64,000 nt of DNA from Candidatus Xenobia bacterium. GTDB taxonomy: Bacteria; Vulcanimicrobiota; Xenobia; Xenobiales; QWHO01. Below are positions 38,720-48,560 of this stretch, piece by piece (the stretch's first letter is position 1; each line of letters opens with the position of its first letter). Where the stretch lies: the NCBI GenBank assembly GCA_045863235.1, contig BTUM01000038.1, forward strand, positions 9,263 through 73,262, given 5' to 3'. The notes under the pieces were generated by a model. That model was given only the letters and a program-made list of their open reading frames with translations, was not told where the DNA came from and did not search any database. Position numbers and translations under genes: made by a program.

Positions 38720-39307
38720 TCATCCTGGCAGGTGGCGCACCGACCAGGCCACTCGTTGAGCCGCCCCCAGGCTGACCAGGGCGGCGGTCAGCCAGAACCA
38801 GCCGCTCATCCAGGCCGGGAACACAAGCAAGAGCGTGTACAAGATTATCGTCTCGGTCCCTCCAACCATTCCGGCCGGCATGACCAGAGAGGTGGCGCTG
38901 CCCTCGGGTCTTTTGAGAAGGGCTGAGAGCAGCATCCAACTGGCGGCGTTCACGTAGTAGCTGGCCAGCAGGAAAGCCAGCGCCAACAGGGTGGCGCGAT
39001 CGCCGCGCGAGCATCCCAGGGCCAGCACGATGGAGGCATAGACCAAGATGTCGGCCATCAGGTCGAGATAGCCGCCTCGGTCGGACTGTCGATTCTGGCG
39101 CCGGGCGACCACCCCGTCTAGCCCGTCGCACAGGCGGCCCGCCCAGAAGCAGGCAAGCGCCTCCGGAAAGCGGCTCTGGGCAGCCAGCACCGCCGCGACA
39201 AGTCCCAGCGCAAGACCCAGCAGGGTCAGCCAGAGGGGCGGGATGGGCAGACCGGCCAGCGGCTCGAGCAGTCGGTCCTTCAGTGGGCGCAATGCAGAAT
39301 CAAGCAT
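38720..39307 (-). CDS. CDP-alcohol phosphatidyltransferase family protein
   Basis: Signature DGLDGVVAR...GGYLDLMAD. Confidence 0.9.
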   Translation of the reverse strand: MLDSALRPLKDRLLEPLAGLPIPPLWLTLLGLALGLVAAVLAAQSRFPEALACFWAGRLCDGLDGVVARRQNRQSDRGGYLDLMADILVYASIVLALGCSRGDRATLLALAFLLASYYVNAASWMLLSALLKRPEGSATSLVMPAGMVGGTETIILYTLLLVFPAWMSGWFWLTAALVSLGAAQRVAWSVRHLPG

Positions 39308-39365
39308 GAAGCTCCCTTCGAGGCCTCTACCAGGATTCTCCCGCGGATCCACGCATAGGCCTGCC

Positions 39366-40424
39366 ATGCGCCGGATCATCGAAGTGGAATCAGTCCTCGA
39401 GCAAACTTCCTTGCAGGACTGCGTTCTACAAGACCTGGACCTGAGCGGTCTTGACCTGGAGCGGCTGGCCCGCTCGGCGGCCGGAGCGGTCTTTCTGGGA
39501 TGCCAGCTGCCTGACGGGGGCCTGGCGCGGCTGTCCGAGGTGGGAGCCCTGGTTCTGCCGCGCTTGCCGGGGCTGCCCTTCAATCCTTATCGCACCAGGC
39601 TCTACAGCTGGCAGGAGTTGCGCGACGATGATCTGGACCTGCGCATTTACCAGCACTTCCTGGCCCGGGGGAGAAGCCAGCCGGACGTGGTGGAGGCGCT
39701 GGCCGAGCGACTCCATGACCACGCCATCGAAGACGCCGTGCGTCAGTTTCTGGCGGGGGGGCCGCGGATGGTGGGCATCATGGGCGGTCACAGCGTGCCA
39801 CGCGATCATCCCGACTACGCCCGCACCGCGGAGGTGGCCCGCCGGCTGGTCCAGGAAGGCTACACGGTGGCCACCGGAGGCGGGCCCGGGTTGATGGAGG
39901 CGGGCAACCTGGGGGCCTATCTCGGCAATCGCAGCGCGGCCGAGCTCGAGCAGGCCCTGACGATCCTGCGAGCCGATGACGACCACTATCGACCGGCCAT
40001 CCAGGTTCTGGAGCGCTTCCCCGAAGGATGCTCGAGCCTGGCCGTGCCCACCTGGTTCTACGGGCACGAGCCCTCCAACGTCTTTGCCAGCGCCATCGCC
40101 AAGTTCTTCTCCAACAGCCTGCGCGAGGACGGCTTGCTGGCCATGTGCCTGCACGGAGTCATCTACTCCAGGGGGAGCGCCGGCACGACCCAGGAGATCT
40201 TCCAGGACGCCGCTCAAAACCATTACTGCACCTTCGGGTGGTACAGCCCCATGGTCTTTCTCGGGCGCCAGCGCTACGAGCAGGAGACCCGGCTCTACGA
40301 AACCCTCAAGCAACTGGCCGGCACTCAGACCTATGCCAGCATGCTCTTTCTCTCCGACAGCCCGGAGGAGGTGGTGGCGCACATCGTGAGCCATCCGCCC
40401 ATCCCTCGGAAGGCTGGCTGCTGA
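39366..40424 (+). CDS. LOG family Rossmann-fold nucleotide-binding protein
   Basis: VGIMGGH, ATGGGPGLMEAGNLGA, PTWFYGHEP, GSAGTTQEIF. Confidence 0.88.
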   Translation: MRRIIEVESVLEQTSLQDCVLQDLDLSGLDLERLARSAAGAVFLGCQLPDGGLARLSEVGALVLPRLPGLPFNPYRTRLYSWQELRDDDLDLRIYQHFLARGRSQPDVVEALAERLHDHAIEDAVRQFLAGGPRMVGIMGGHSVPRDHPDYARTAEVARRLVQEGYTVATGGGPGLMEAGNLGAYLGNRSAAELEQALTILRADDDHYRPAIQVLERFPEGCSSLAVPTWFYGHEPSNVFASAIAKFFSNSLREDGLLAMCLHGVIYSRGSAGTTQEIFQDAAQNHYCTFGWYSPMVFLGRQRYEQETRLYETLKQLAGTQTYASMLFLSDSPEEVVAHIVSHPPIPRKAGC

Positions 40425-40502
40425 CAGCCCCCCGTAGCTTTGAGGCCGCGTCGCGACCTGGTGACCTGGTTGCTCACGTTGACGCTGCGGGAGGCGCGGA
40501 GG

Positions 40503-41558
40503 TCAGGCCACCAGCCGCGCATAGACTTGCTCCAGCTCGTCGGTCACCCGTTCCCAGTCGTAGCGGCGCACCAGCTGCCGGGCCTGGCGGCCGAGCTCGA
40601 GACGCAGGTCTGGAGCCGCCATCAGCTCCCCCAGTCGGGCGGCCAGCGCTTCGGCATCGCCCGGGGGGACGAGCAGGCGCTCAAGCGGTCCGGTGAGGAC
40701 GGTGCGGTAGCCCTCGTTGGCGGCCGCCACCGGGGGCTTACCGCTGGCCATGGCCTCGGTCAGAACCAACCCGAAGCTCTCTCCGTAGAGTGACGGGGCG
40801 CACAGTAGCGCGCAGCGTGCCAGAAGCGCGCGCTTGGTGGGCTCATCCACCTCGCCCAGAAACCTGGTGCGCTTCGGGGCCATGGCCTCGAGGCGCCCGC
40901 GGAGCGGGCCGTCGCCCGCCACCGTCAGGGTCAGCTCGGGAAACCGGGAAGAGAGCCGGCCGAAGGCGGAGAGGAGAATTTCGACGCCTTTTCGCCGCTC
41001 GAGCCGGCCCAGGTAGAGGAGCTCGGGCTGCTCCGGGCCGGGGGTAAATTCGGCGGTGCAAAGGCCATTGGGGATAAGATGCGCTTCGGAACAGAACCGG
41101 GCCAGGTAACGCCGCGTGGCCGGGGACACGGCCACGACCGCGCCCATCAGCCGGGAGATCAGCCCCGCCGCCAGGGGCATGGCCAGACGGCAGAGCGAGC
41201 CCACGAGAGTCGGCGGGGCGACGTCGTGGAACGTGGCCAGGCTGGGTACGCGCAGAGCGGCACGCAACTGCCAGGGCAAGAACGGGTTCCAAAACGTGTG
41301 GTAGTGCACCAGGTCGAAGCGCTCCAGGCCCCGCAGCTCCGAGGGCCAGGCCGCGGTGAGGTCGATCTGGCTGTGGTTGAATGCGACCTTCAGGCAGGAG
41401 CCGACGAATCGGACCCCCTCTCCGGCTCGGGGACCGCGGGGCGCGAGCACCTCCACCCGGTGGCCGCGCCGGCGCAGCTCGGCCGTCAGTCCCCGGATGT
41501 GGTTCTGCACGCCACCGGGACGAAAGTAGTCATAGGGGCAGACCTGAGCGATCTTCAT
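40503..41558 (-). CDS. Glycosyltransferase family 4 (PimA-like)
   Basis: VCPYDYFRPGGVQNH, LGRLERRKG, PSLYGESFGLVLTEAMASG. Confidence 0.92.
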   Translation of the reverse strand: MKIAQVCPYDYFRPGGVQNHIRGLTAELRRRGHRVEVLAPRGPRAGEGVRFVGSCLKVAFNHSQIDLTAAWPSELRGLERFDLVHYHTFWNPFLPWQLRAALRVPSLATFHDVAPPTLVGSLCRLAMPLAAGLISRLMGAVVAVSPATRRYLARFCSEAHLIPNGLCTAEFTPGPEQPELLYLGRLERRKGVEILLSAFGRLSSRFPELTLTVAGDGPLRGRLEAMAPKRTRFLGEVDEPTKRALLARCALLCAPSLYGESFGLVLTEAMASGKPPVAAANEGYRTVLTGPLERLLVPPGDAEALAARLGELMAAPDLRLELGRQARQLVRRYDWERVTDELEQVYARLVA

Positions 41559-41668
41559 TGCCGCGTGGTTCTCGCTCGGTCTCGCTTTGCCTACTCGGAC
41601 CCCGTCGATGACCCCCGGAATTGACCCGCCTGCAGGGTCGCAGCCGGTGGGCAAGCAATGGAGGCCAC

Positions 41669-42148
41669 ATGGCCTTCGAGCTCGAGAACCCCATCGCCAC
41701 CCTGCGCCAGTTGTGGTCCATCCTGCGGCGCGTGCCCCTGGGCCGACAGATTCTCAGTTTTCTGTTTGGCTTCTTCGTCCCCTACACCGGAAGCATCCGG
41801 CCCGAGATCATCGAGCTCGAGCCCGGGCTGGTCAAGATCAGGATGCGCGACCGACGGGCCGTGCGCAATCATCTGCGCAGCATACACGCCATGGCCCTGG
41901 GCAATCTGGCCGAAGCCGCCACCGGGTTGGCCGTGAGCCTGGTGCTCTCGGATGACCGGCGGGCCATCCTGACGGGCTTTCGCATGGACTACCTGAAGAA
42001 GGGCCGAGGTCCTCTGACGGCCGTCTGCCGCTTCCAGTTCCCCCCCGGTTTTGGGGAAGGCGATCTGGTGGTGGAGGGAGAGGTCCACAACCGGGCTGGC
42101 GAGACGGTGGCGGTGGCCCACGCCAACTGGAGAGTGTCCGCCCGGTGA
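41669..42148 (+). CDS. Hotdog-fold thioesterase (PaaI/DUF4442)
   Basis: PYTGSI, RNHLRSIHAMAL.NLAE, DYLKKGRG. Confidence 0.88.
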   Translation: MAFELENPIATLRQLWSILRRVPLGRQILSFLFGFFVPYTGSIRPEIIELEPGLVKIRMRDRRAVRNHLRSIHAMALGNLAEAATGLAVSLVLSDDRRAILTGFRMDYLKKGRGPLTAVCRFQFPPGFGEGDLVVEGEVHNRAGETVAVAHANWRVSAR

Positions 42149-43119
42149 GATTCGACACCGCGCTCACGCGCCACGCCCAGATCGAGGCTCCCATCATCTG
42201 TGGGGCTATGTATCCGTGCAGTAATCCCGAGCTGGTGGCGGCCGCTTCGGAGGCTGGCGGGATCGGTATCATCCAGCCGCTGTCGCTGGTATTCGTCCAC
42301 AAACACGAATTTTGCGCCGGCCTGCGCCTGATCAAGCAGCTGACCAGCAAGAGCGTGGGGATGAACATCATCACCGAGAAGTCGTCGCGCAAATACCAGG
42401 AGCGGATGAAGGCCTGGCTGGACGTGGCGCTGGAGGAGGGGATTCGCTTCTTCGTAACCTCGTTGGGGGATCCCGGTTGGGTCGTCAAGCGGGTCGCCCC
42501 GGTCGGGGGCATCGTCTATCACGACGTGACCGAGCGCAAGTGGGCCCAGAAGGGGATCGACAGCGGAGCCCGGGGGTTGATCTGCGTGAACGACCGGGCG
42601 GGAGGGCACGCCGGCCGCTTCAGCGCCCAGCGCGTCTACGAGGAGCTGGCTGACCTGGGGCTCCCCCTGGTCTGCGCGGGCGGCATCAGCACCCCGGAGC
42701 AGTTCGCCGAGGCGTTGAGAATCGGTTACGCCGGGGTGCAGATGGGCACGCGCTTCATCGCCACCACCGAATGCTCGGCCCACGACGACTACAAGCGCGC
42801 CATCGTGAGGGCCACATCGCAGGACATCGTGCTCACCGAGAAGATCAGCGGGGTCCCGGTCTCGGTGATCAAGACCCCCTACATCGAGCGCAAAGGGACC
42901 CGGGCCGGGTGGCTGGCGCGATTCTTCCTCCGCCATCCCCGGCTCAAGCATTTCATGCGCATGATTTACAGCTTGATGGCTCTCTGGCAACTCAAACGCG
43001 CCGCCCTGGAGGGGGCTGGCTACAGGGACTACTGGCAGGCGGGAAAGAGCGTGGATGGCATCGACTCGATCGAGCCGACGGCAAGTATCATTCGACGCTT
43101 CATGGACCAGGCGCAGTGA
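42145..43119 (+). CDS. Nitronate monooxygenase / FabK-like flavoenzyme
   Basis: PIICGAM, ELVAAASEAGGIG, AGGHAG, AGGI, GVQMGTRFIAT.E. Confidence 0.9.
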   Translation: MRFDTALTRHAQIEAPIICGAMYPCSNPELVAAASEAGGIGIIQPLSLVFVHKHEFCAGLRLIKQLTSKSVGMNIITEKSSRKYQERMKAWLDVALEEGIRFFVTSLGDPGWVVKRVAPVGGIVYHDVTERKWAQKGIDSGARGLICVNDRAGGHAGRFSAQRVYEELADLGLPLVCAGGISTPEQFAEALRIGYAGVQMGTRFIATTECSAHDDYKRAIVRATSQDIVLTEKISGVPVSVIKTPYIERKGTRAGWLARFFLRHPRLKHFMRMIYSLMALWQLKRAALEGAGYRDYWQAGKSVDGIDSIEPTASIIRRFMDQAQ

Positions 43120-43131
43120 GGACTGGACGAG

Positions 43132-43731
43132 TCAGCTGAAGCGGGCCCTGACGTAGCTCTCGAAGCGGTCGAGGTCGGCGCGCATTTTGGGCTCGAGGGT
43201 GGTGAACTCGAGTCCCAGCCGGCATCGCTGGAACTGGCCGGTGGGTCGGCTCCAGATCACCCGCGCCCGGCAGATCACCGAGGGTATCTCCCGGATCTCG
43301 GTTTCTAAAGTGAGGGTGAGCATGGTATCGATGGGTACGTCTCCCTCGGCCTCGATCTGCAGGCCCGAGCGGCTGAAGTCCACCGAGATGGCTTTGAAGG
43401 CCGGTAGCTCGGGGGACAGGATGCGCACGCCCAGCTTGAAGCGCTGAGCCCGGCGCACGTTGCTCTCCGACTTGTCCTTGTTGTGCAGGGCGGCCTGGAA
43501 CTTCTCCAGTCCCTTGCTCGAGGGCACCTCGGCGTAGCAGACGAAGCCCGGCTCGTCGGGACGGCAGCTCTTGATGGTGACGGGCAGGGTCAGCTCGGGC
43601 AGATCGGGCAGGGAGACCCTGACCTTGACCGTCTGTCCCACCTGGTTTTCCTTCTGGCAACGAAAGCCGAGTGTGCGGTCCTCGACTTCGAGCAACTCGA
43701 CTTGCTGGGGCTTACTTAGAAAGCTGAACAT
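43132..43731 (-). CDS. PilZ domain protein
   Basis: RRAQR (RxxxR) and DFSRSG (DxSxxG). Confidence 0.85.
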   Translation of the reverse strand: MFSFLSKPQQVELLEVEDRTLGFRCQKENQVGQTVKVRVSLPDLPELTLPVTIKSCRPDEPGFVCYAEVPSSKGLEKFQAALHNKDKSESNVRRAQRFKLGVRILSPELPAFKAISVDFSRSGLQIEAEGDVPIDTMLTLTLETEIREIPSVICRARVIWSRPTGQFQRCRLGLEFTTLEPKMRADLDRFESYVRARFS

Positions 43732-43744
43732 GGCTCCCCCTCTG

Positions 43745-43851
43745 CTAAAGTGCAAGGCCTATGGCCTGGCACTTTACAACGCGCTGGAACGCAGTTCCGG
43801 CGCGTTCGTCAGATAGTGGCTAATGTGCAAGACCAAAGTGCGAGCACATTA
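43745..43851 (+). repeat. Dispersed double-palindrome repeat, copy 2 (longest)
   Basis: CTAAAGTGCAAGGCC-TAT-GGCCTGGCACTTTA, central GGAAC-GCA-GTTCC hairpin, TAATGTGCAAGACCAAAGTGCGAGCACATTA identical to copy 1. Confidence 0.85.
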
Positions 43852-45849
43852 GATGCCCCCGGCATTCGGGCCGGTCGCAGTCGAGCCCTCCAGACGGGCT
43901 CGACCCCAGAGGCGAGGATTTCCCATCACCTCAGGCCAGGCGCTCCAGCCCACCCGGCTGAGGTTGGCGTTGGCTCCCGTGGCCGCCTGCGCGTCGTCAG
44001 CATCGTAGAGGAGCACGTTCAGCCCGAATTCCGAGGCCAGCGGCCCTACCTCCGAGCGCGGGATGGCGGCCTCCAGGCGGTAGCCTTCGGCCGTGACACA
44101 AGTGGCCAGCTTCAGCCCGCTCACCGGCCCCGGGCGCTCGTCCGCGTCGCGAAAGGCGATCGGCTGTCCCTGCCGGGTGCGCACGATGATGCCCAGTTTG
44201 AAGGTGGTCAGCGTGCTCGGGCTCTTCCCGCCCGGATCGAGGGTCAGCTCCAGGGCGTCGGTGCGCCAGTGACCGGCCGGGTCGGCCGAATCGATCTGTC
44301 CCACCACCCGGTCGTCCTGCACTTCGGCCGCCAGATAGAGCCAGTCCGGATCCCAACCCAGCCAGAAACGGCCCTGGATGCGGCTCGGCTCCCCCTCCCA
44401 GAGCTGCTTCAGCGGCTCGGGCCTCCAGCCGGCGACCTCCTCGAGCCTGGCATCCACCACCCAGGGAGGCTCGACGCGCGGCAAGGTCATGAAAGGAACC
44501 ACCTGGAGCCGTCCACCCCCTTCGAGGCGGAACTCGCCCAGCTCGGAGGCCAGCACTCCCACCTCGACCGCGCTGGCCCCCGGTAGAACGGTCAGGGTGC
44601 GCGGGGGATCCAATCGCACCGAAGGGCTCTTGCAGACCGGCGCGATTCGCATGGATGCTGGCCTGGCGGTACGATTGCTCAGCTCGAAGCGCACCCTGGC
44701 GGGATGGGCCTGCGTAACGGCCGCCTCGGGCTCGGCCAGGACCGGGTCGAGCCCCAACCGGCTGGCCCACTTGCGGTAGTCGGCCACGGCCGGAGTGGGG
44801 GCCAGCTCCATCTCCAGCGGAGCACGCACCCGCAGACGCCAGCGCCAGACCGAGCTCCCGAGCCGGGCCTGGACGATCTGCTCGCCGGGCCGGTCAGGGC
44901 GCACCCACCAGCTCTGGCCGCGGCGCTCTACCTGCCACTCGGGGGGGACCTGCAGGATCGCCTCGGGACGAGACAGGGAGAGCTCGCCGGGCTGACCTGC
45001 GACCAGAGCTCCCGAGACCAGGCGGTCGGCTCCTGCGTTGGTCGTGACGGAGAGCTCCAGATGCAGCGGATGGTGCAGGCCCTCGAGCAGGTCGGTCCAG
45101 CCCGGAGCCCGGCTGTGGGTCACCGAGAAGCTCTCGGGGCCCAGCACGAAACGCGGTCCGGCTTCGGGCAGCGCGTCCCAGCCCTGGCTGCGATAGAGCC
45201 GCAAGGCCTGCAGCTCGCGCTCGGCGGTGGCCGGGTCGGGAGTGAGCACGAAGTCGGGCTGAAAGCCCTCCTGCCCGTAGCACAGGGCGTAGGCCAGCCG
45301 GCCCGGCGCCCAGGGAGGGAGCTGGCTCGGGAATCGGGTCGGGTCGGCGGCCGCGAAGTAAGCCTCGCTGGCCATCCGGGCGGCGAACTGGTGATGCCCG
45401 TGGCCGCTGGGGTACGGGTTCATGGTCAAGATCAGCTGGGGGCGCAATTCTCTCACCAGGCCGACCAGACGGCCCAGTGTCTCCTCGTCACCCCAGCGTG
45501 CGGCGGTGGCGGACTCGCTGGTGGTATAGCCCCAGTCGAGCCGGTCGAGATACAGGATCGTCTCCACACCCAGCATTCCCAGCGCTCGCCGTTCCTCGTC
45601 CTCACGCAAGCGACCCAGGGCCTGGCCCTGCTCGCGGCCGAGCGCGTTGCCGCCCCCCTCTCCCCGGCTCAAGGTGATGACGGCAGCCCGGGCCTTCCCT
45701 TGCTCGATCCAGGTGGACAGAGTGGCGGTGACCCCGGAGTCGTCGTCGGGATGAGCCCCCACGAACAGCACCGTCACAGCGCCAGGATCAGGCAAGGCCG
45801 ACAACGCCAACCCGAGAGTCAGGAGCAGTGCAAGAAGGAACGCGCGCAA
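43849..45849 (-). CDS. Secreted PIG-L family deacetylase with C-terminal CBM9-like sugar-binding domain
   Basis: GAHPDDD, SRGEGG, GHGHH; C-terminal WDPDWLYLAAEVQDD...DALEL...GYRLEAAIP; start approximate. Confidence 0.85.
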   Translation of the reverse strand: MRAFLLALLLTLGLALSALPDPGAVTVLFVGAHPDDDSGVTATLSTWIEQGKARAAVITLSRGEGGGNALGREQGQALGRLREDEERRALGMLGVETILYLDRLDWGYTTSESATAARWGDEETLGRLVGLVRELRPQLILTMNPYPSGHGHHQFAARMASEAYFAAADPTRFPSQLPPWAPGRLAYALCYGQEGFQPDFVLTPDPATAERELQALRLYRSQGWDALPEAGPRFVLGPESFSVTHSRAPGWTDLLEGLHHPLHLELSVTTNAGADRLVSGALVAGQPGELSLSRPEAILQVPPEWQVERRGQSWWVRPDRPGEQIVQARLGSSVWRWRLRVRAPLEMELAPTPAVADYRKWASRLGLDPVLAEPEAAVTQAHPARVRFELSNRTARPASMRIAPVCKSPSVRLDPPRTLTVLPGASAVEVGVLASELGEFRLEGGGRLQVVPFMTLPRVEPPWVVDARLEEVAGWRPEPLKQLWEGEPSRIQGRFWLGWDPDWLYLAAEVQDDRVVGQIDSADPAGHWRTDALELTLDPGGKSPSTLTTFKLGIIVRTRQGQPIAFRDADERPGPVSGLKLATCVTAEGYRLEAAIPRSEVGPLASEFGLNVLLYDADDAQAATGANANLSRVGWSAWPEVMGNPRLWGRARLEGSTATGPNAGGI

Positions 45850-45920
45850 GGTTGAACCCCTTTTCTCGAATGGCCCGCCTTTCCCCTGATCTTGACGCAA
45901 TTGTGTGCTAACCTGAATGC

Positions 45921-46017
45921 GAGTGATGGAACCCTGTTGGGTTATCAATATCTTGAGCGGGGGACTTGGGCGGGGGACGCTCACCGAGGGGGGGGAGCGG
46001 CTCCCGTCCTCTTTTGT
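45921..46017 (+). ncRNA. Candidate small RNA or attenuated leader
   Basis: Extended -10 TGcTAACCT at 45906-45914; internal TGAGCG...CGCTCA stem; G/C-rich hairpin followed by TTTT. Confidence 0.3.
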
Positions 46018-46122
46018 TCAGTGAGCTGCTGAGGGTTTTTGCAGGATCTTGCGCCGACTGAGGTGTCCACCTTCAGCGCGCTTGGAGAAGGAACGCAGCC
46101 CGCCAGGGCAAAGCCCGCGCCC

Positions 46123-47505
46123 ATGGCTCGCTTGATCCTGAAGACGCCCCTCGAGGCCAGCGCCGAGGAGGTCTTCGCCTGGCACTCTCGGCCCGGGGCG
46201 CTGCAGCGTTTGCTGCCTCCCTGGCAGGACGTGCGGCTCGAGCAGAGCCAGGGCGGCCTGGAGGTAGGGGCGCGGCGCACCCTGTCCGTGGGCATGGGCC
46301 CCCTGCGAGTGCCCATGCGAGCGGTGCACACCGCCTATGAGCCCGGTCGCGGCTTTCAGGACGTGCTCGAGAGCGGTCCTTTTCGCACCTGGAAACACCA
46401 TCATCGGTTCTATCCGCGTGACGAGAACGGCTCGGTTCTGGAAGACGAGGTCGAGTTCTCCTATCACGGTGGCAAGCTCCTCGAGCTGCTGGTCAATCCC
46501 TTTGTGATTCCCCAGTTGCATCGCATGTTCACCTTTCGTCATCGGCGCACCCGTCAAGATCTCGAGCGCCACGCCGGCCGGGCCACCCTGCGGGTGGGTC
46601 TGACCGGCTCGAGCGGCTTTCTGGGCTCGGGATTGGCCGCTTTCCTGGAATCCGGCGCTCACACGGTGATCCGCTTCCAGCGCCAGGGTCCGGTGGGGCC
46701 GGGGGTGGTCTGCTGGGATCCCGCCACCGGCGAGTGCGCGGGCGAGGACCTGGAAGGTCTGGACGCCGTGGTGCACCTGGCCGGGGAGAACATCGGGGGG
46801 CACCGCTGGAACGCGGCCTTCAAATCCAAAGTTCGCAGCAGCCGGGTCCAGGCAACCGAGGCACTCTGTCGCACTCTGGCTGCTTTGCGCCGCCCCCCGG
46901 CCTGTCTGCTCTCGGCCTCGGCCATCGGTTACTATGGCTCCTCGGAGGCCCCCGCTACCGAGCAACGCGAAGCCGGTCAGGGGTTCCTGGCCGAGGTCTG
47001 CCAGGCCTGGGAGCAGGCCACCCGCCCGGCCGAGGAGGCCGGCATCCGGGTGGCCCATCTGCGCATCGGCACTGTCCTGGGCGCTCAGGGGGGAGCCCTG
47101 GCCAGGCTCTTGCCGGTCTTTCGGATGGGAGGTGGAGGAGCGCTCGGCACCGGTCGTCAGGGCTTCAGCTGGATCTCCCGTGAGGACGCCATCGGAGCCA
47201 TCCACTGGCTGCTTTACGACCAGGTGAGCGGCCCGGTCAACGTGGTGGCCCCCAACCCGGTCTCCAACGAGGAGTTTACCCGCACCCTGGCCCGTGTGCT
47301 CGGCCGCCCGGCCTTGCTTCGTCTGGACCCGTGGCTCCTGCGCCTGGTGGTCGGGGAGTTTGCCGACGAGGCGCTGCTGAGCAGCCAGTGGGTACTGCCT
47401 GCTCGCCTGCAGGAACAGGGCTTTCGCTTTCTTTACCCGGACCTGGAGGATGCTCTGCGAGCCGAGCTGGGGAGATTCACCTTGAAACCTGAGGGGGAGA
47501 CGTAG
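46123..47505 (+). CDS. SRPBCC + TIGR01777 family NAD-dependent epimerase
   Basis: EVFAWHSRPGALQRLLPPW; TGSSGFLG, VVHLAGENI, SASAIGYYG, SWISRED. Confidence 0.92.
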   Translation: MARLILKTPLEASAEEVFAWHSRPGALQRLLPPWQDVRLEQSQGGLEVGARRTLSVGMGPLRVPMRAVHTAYEPGRGFQDVLESGPFRTWKHHHRFYPRDENGSVLEDEVEFSYHGGKLLELLVNPFVIPQLHRMFTFRHRRTRQDLERHAGRATLRVGLTGSSGFLGSGLAAFLESGAHTVIRFQRQGPVGPGVVCWDPATGECAGEDLEGLDAVVHLAGENIGGHRWNAAFKSKVRSSRVQATEALCRTLAALRRPPACLLSASAIGYYGSSEAPATEQREAGQGFLAEVCQAWEQATRPAEEAGIRVAHLRIGTVLGAQGGALARLLPVFRMGGGGALGTGRQGFSWISREDAIGAIHWLLYDQVSGPVNVVAPNPVSNEEFTRTLARVLGRPALLRLDPWLLRLVVGEFADEALLSSQWVLPARLQEQGFRFLYPDLEDALRAELGRFTLKPEGET

Positions 47506-48519
47506 ATGCTGGAAGGCCTGAACAAGATGGACCAGGATGAGTTGCTGGGGGCAGCTCGCATGGTGGGGATCGACCCGGTGCGCGAAGGTCTGCGCGACAC
47601 GGAGGCTCTGCGTCTGCGCCTGTTGAGCTGGATGGCGGCCCGGCTGGGAGTCAACGGGGCCTGGACGCCCGAGTCGGTCGAGCGCAGCGCCCTGGAATGG
47701 CTGGCGGCCCAGACCGACCACCCCTTCGAGAGCTCCACGCCCACCTCCGAGCTCGAGCACGGCCTCTGGTCGCACATCACCGAGGAGGCCGCCCGGCAGC
47801 TCTTGCCGGTCTGGCGGATCGCCTCCTCGATGGCCTCGCTGGGGCCTCCCTCGGCCCTCTCCGAGGAGGTTCAACTGCTCGACCGCGTGGCCGAGAGGGT
47901 CTTTCCCTCCGGCAAGGCCCGCGAGGAGATGCGTCGCGGTTGGGAAGATTACTGCTCGCGCTCGGTGATGCTGGCCAGCGATCTGATCGGGGGCTTGAAA
48001 GACGACCTGAAGGAAGTGGCCGCCAATCCCGAGCTGGTCACCCCGACCCTGGTGCTGACGCTGGTGGTGGCCATGGCCGACGCCAAGTACGAGGTGGAGG
48101 AAAGCAAGCTGTTTCTGGCCGTGGCCCGGGCCCTGGGGCTGGAGGAGCGAGTGGCCGAGGGGGTGCAGGAGAAGGTGGCCCGTACCTTCTGGGATACGCG
48201 CCGTGAGCTGAACACCGAGGTTCTGGGCGAGCACAAAGCCTCGCTGATCGCCGCTCACAAGACCCTGGAAGCGAGCGGGGCTTTGCGCAGCCTGGTATCC
48301 GAGGTGCAGTCGGGTTTTCTCGAGCACCTGCACCAGTCGCTCTTCAAAGACCCCGACTTTCAGCGCGGCCTGAAAGCCTGGAACAAAGCCCCCTACCTCT
48401 GGCCGGTGGGTTTTGCCACCGGACTGTTGCTTTACTTTCGTCGCCGGTTGCATCCGGCCGAGAACCGGGGTCTGAGCGCCCTGCTCTACGAGACCTACAG
48501 CCGCCAGCAGCAAAATTGA
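47506..48519 (+). CDS. Hypothetical protein with TerB-like segment
   Basis: VAMADAKYEVEESKLFLAVARALGL. Confidence 0.6.
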   Translation: MLEGLNKMDQDELLGAARMVGIDPVREGLRDTEALRLRLLSWMAARLGVNGAWTPESVERSALEWLAAQTDHPFESSTPTSELEHGLWSHITEEAARQLLPVWRIASSMASLGPPSALSEEVQLLDRVAERVFPSGKAREEMRRGWEDYCSRSVMLASDLIGGLKDDLKEVAANPELVTPTLVLTLVVAMADAKYEVEESKLFLAVARALGLEERVAEGVQEKVARTFWDTRRELNTEVLGEHKASLIAAHKTLEASGALRSLVSEVQSGFLEHLHQSLFKDPDFQRGLKAWNKAPYLWPVGFATGLLLYFRRRLHPAENRGLSALLYETYSRQQQN

Positions 48520-48560
48520 TAGAATGATATTCAAGCTTCGCTGGCGAAGCTTGCCGGGAG

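Noticed and set aside
48532..48553. Hairpin CAAGCTTCGC-TG-GCGAAGCTTG as terminator or repeat element
   Set aside because: Single copy with no T-tract; function cannot be supported
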